Source: an uncultured Chloroflexia bacterium (GTDB taxonomy: Bacteria; Chloroflexota; Limnocylindria; Limnocylindrales; CSP1-4). Taken from it: a stretch of DNA of 64,000 bases. Every line of letters starts with the position of its first letter. Positions within the stretch are counted from its first letter, which is position 1. A model generated the notes under the pieces. That model was not told the DNA's origin. It did no database searches and saw nothing but the letters and a program-made list of their open reading frames with translations. Positions 63,516 to 64,000 of the stretch are shown piece by piece. The stretch lies in assembly GCA_963705425.1 (NCBI GenBank), contig CAVPJO010000015.1, positions 94 through 64,093 of the forward strand, read 5' to 3'. The position numbers and the translations under genes were made by a program.

Positions 63516-64000
63516 TCAGCTCCCGGATGACCGGAAGTGGAAGAGATACTGCGAGCTGCCCTGCCCGCATTCGAACGTGATCTCGACGAGCAGGACGCTG
63601 TTGTTGCCCCTCACCTCGAAGTCCAGTTCATGCTGTGGCTCGCGAGGGTCGCTACTGACCAGCGCACTGGCCGAGGTGACGTCAGCGCTCACGTGGTAAC
63701 CGACGACGCTGGCGGCCGAGAAGGCGGAGCTGTCCGACAGCGTCAGCTTCAGTGGCACTTGTTTCCCTGTCCCGCGGACCAGCGGCAGCTCACTGGGCGG
63801 TGGTGCCGCGATGTCCTGGCACAGGGCCATCGACCCACCCGCAGGACTCCTGGTCGCGCCAACAGCCGGTCGTCGGTAGTCCGGCCACGGTCATACCGTC
63901 GGGCGTGGTCAGTCGCGCGAGAGGCATCTCAGTGCCCATCTCACAGGTCGCGCTGGCTTTGACCTCGGCGGTATGCAGGACTGACAGCGGCGCCACAAGC
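63516..64000 (-). CDS. Hypothetical protein, 5' part beyond the window; one frame interruption near 63830
   Basis: ORF 63516-63830 (LKLTLSDSSAFSAASVVGYHVSADV...LLVEITFECGQGSSQYLFHF) continues upstream in ORF 63790-63996. I recognise no family. Confidence 0.4.

Overview
Very GC-rich window (about 70% by eye, not computed) that looks like an actinobacterial chromosome. Layout:

- 1-5112: a decayed integrative element abutting the 3' end of tRNA-Pro(CGG). It carries a prim-pol/DUF3987 replicase, an iteron-type origin, a PD-(D/E)XK nuclease and a large serine recombinase.
- 5.3-13.5 kb: mixed genes (MFS, PRTase, VOC, SDR, ppc, MBL-rhodanese).
- 13.9-27.7 kb: a phosphorylative deoxy-sugar (rhamnose-like) locus. 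It has a class II aldolase/SDR fusion, a double-length MDR dehydrogenase, a CUT2-type ABC transporter, a TIM-barrel epimerase, an FGGY kinase and a DeoR regulator.
- 29.3-42.9 kb: a second sugar locus of the oxidative (non-phosphorylative) type. It has an ABC transporter, a URO-D-family protein, an amidohydrolase-2 lactonase-like protein, a tandem RhaM mutarotase, an AKR, two enolase-superfamily enzymes, a Gfo/Idh/MocA enzyme and a Zn-ADH.
- 43-52 kb: DDAH-like protein, glnA, resB, a PLP trans-sulfuration-family enzyme, a GGDEF cyclase and small genes, separated by repeat-rich intergenic regions.
- 53.2-63.3 kb: the most unusual part. An intact tRNA-Pro(UGG) is followed, on its 5' side, by four full and one partial co-oriented copies of a ~205-bp unit. 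Each unit contains the tRNA 5' half plus the tRNA upstream region fused to a conserved non-tRNA arm. The copies divide the region into small modules rich in methyltransferases. No integrase is visible nearby.

Caveat for all calls: many genes can only be read by switching frame. These interruptions are strongly patchy: some 4-10 kb blocks are clean and others carry 2-4 breaks per kb. This could be assembly indel error or real decay, and I cannot tell which from the sequence alone. No rRNA genes or CRISPR arrays were seen.
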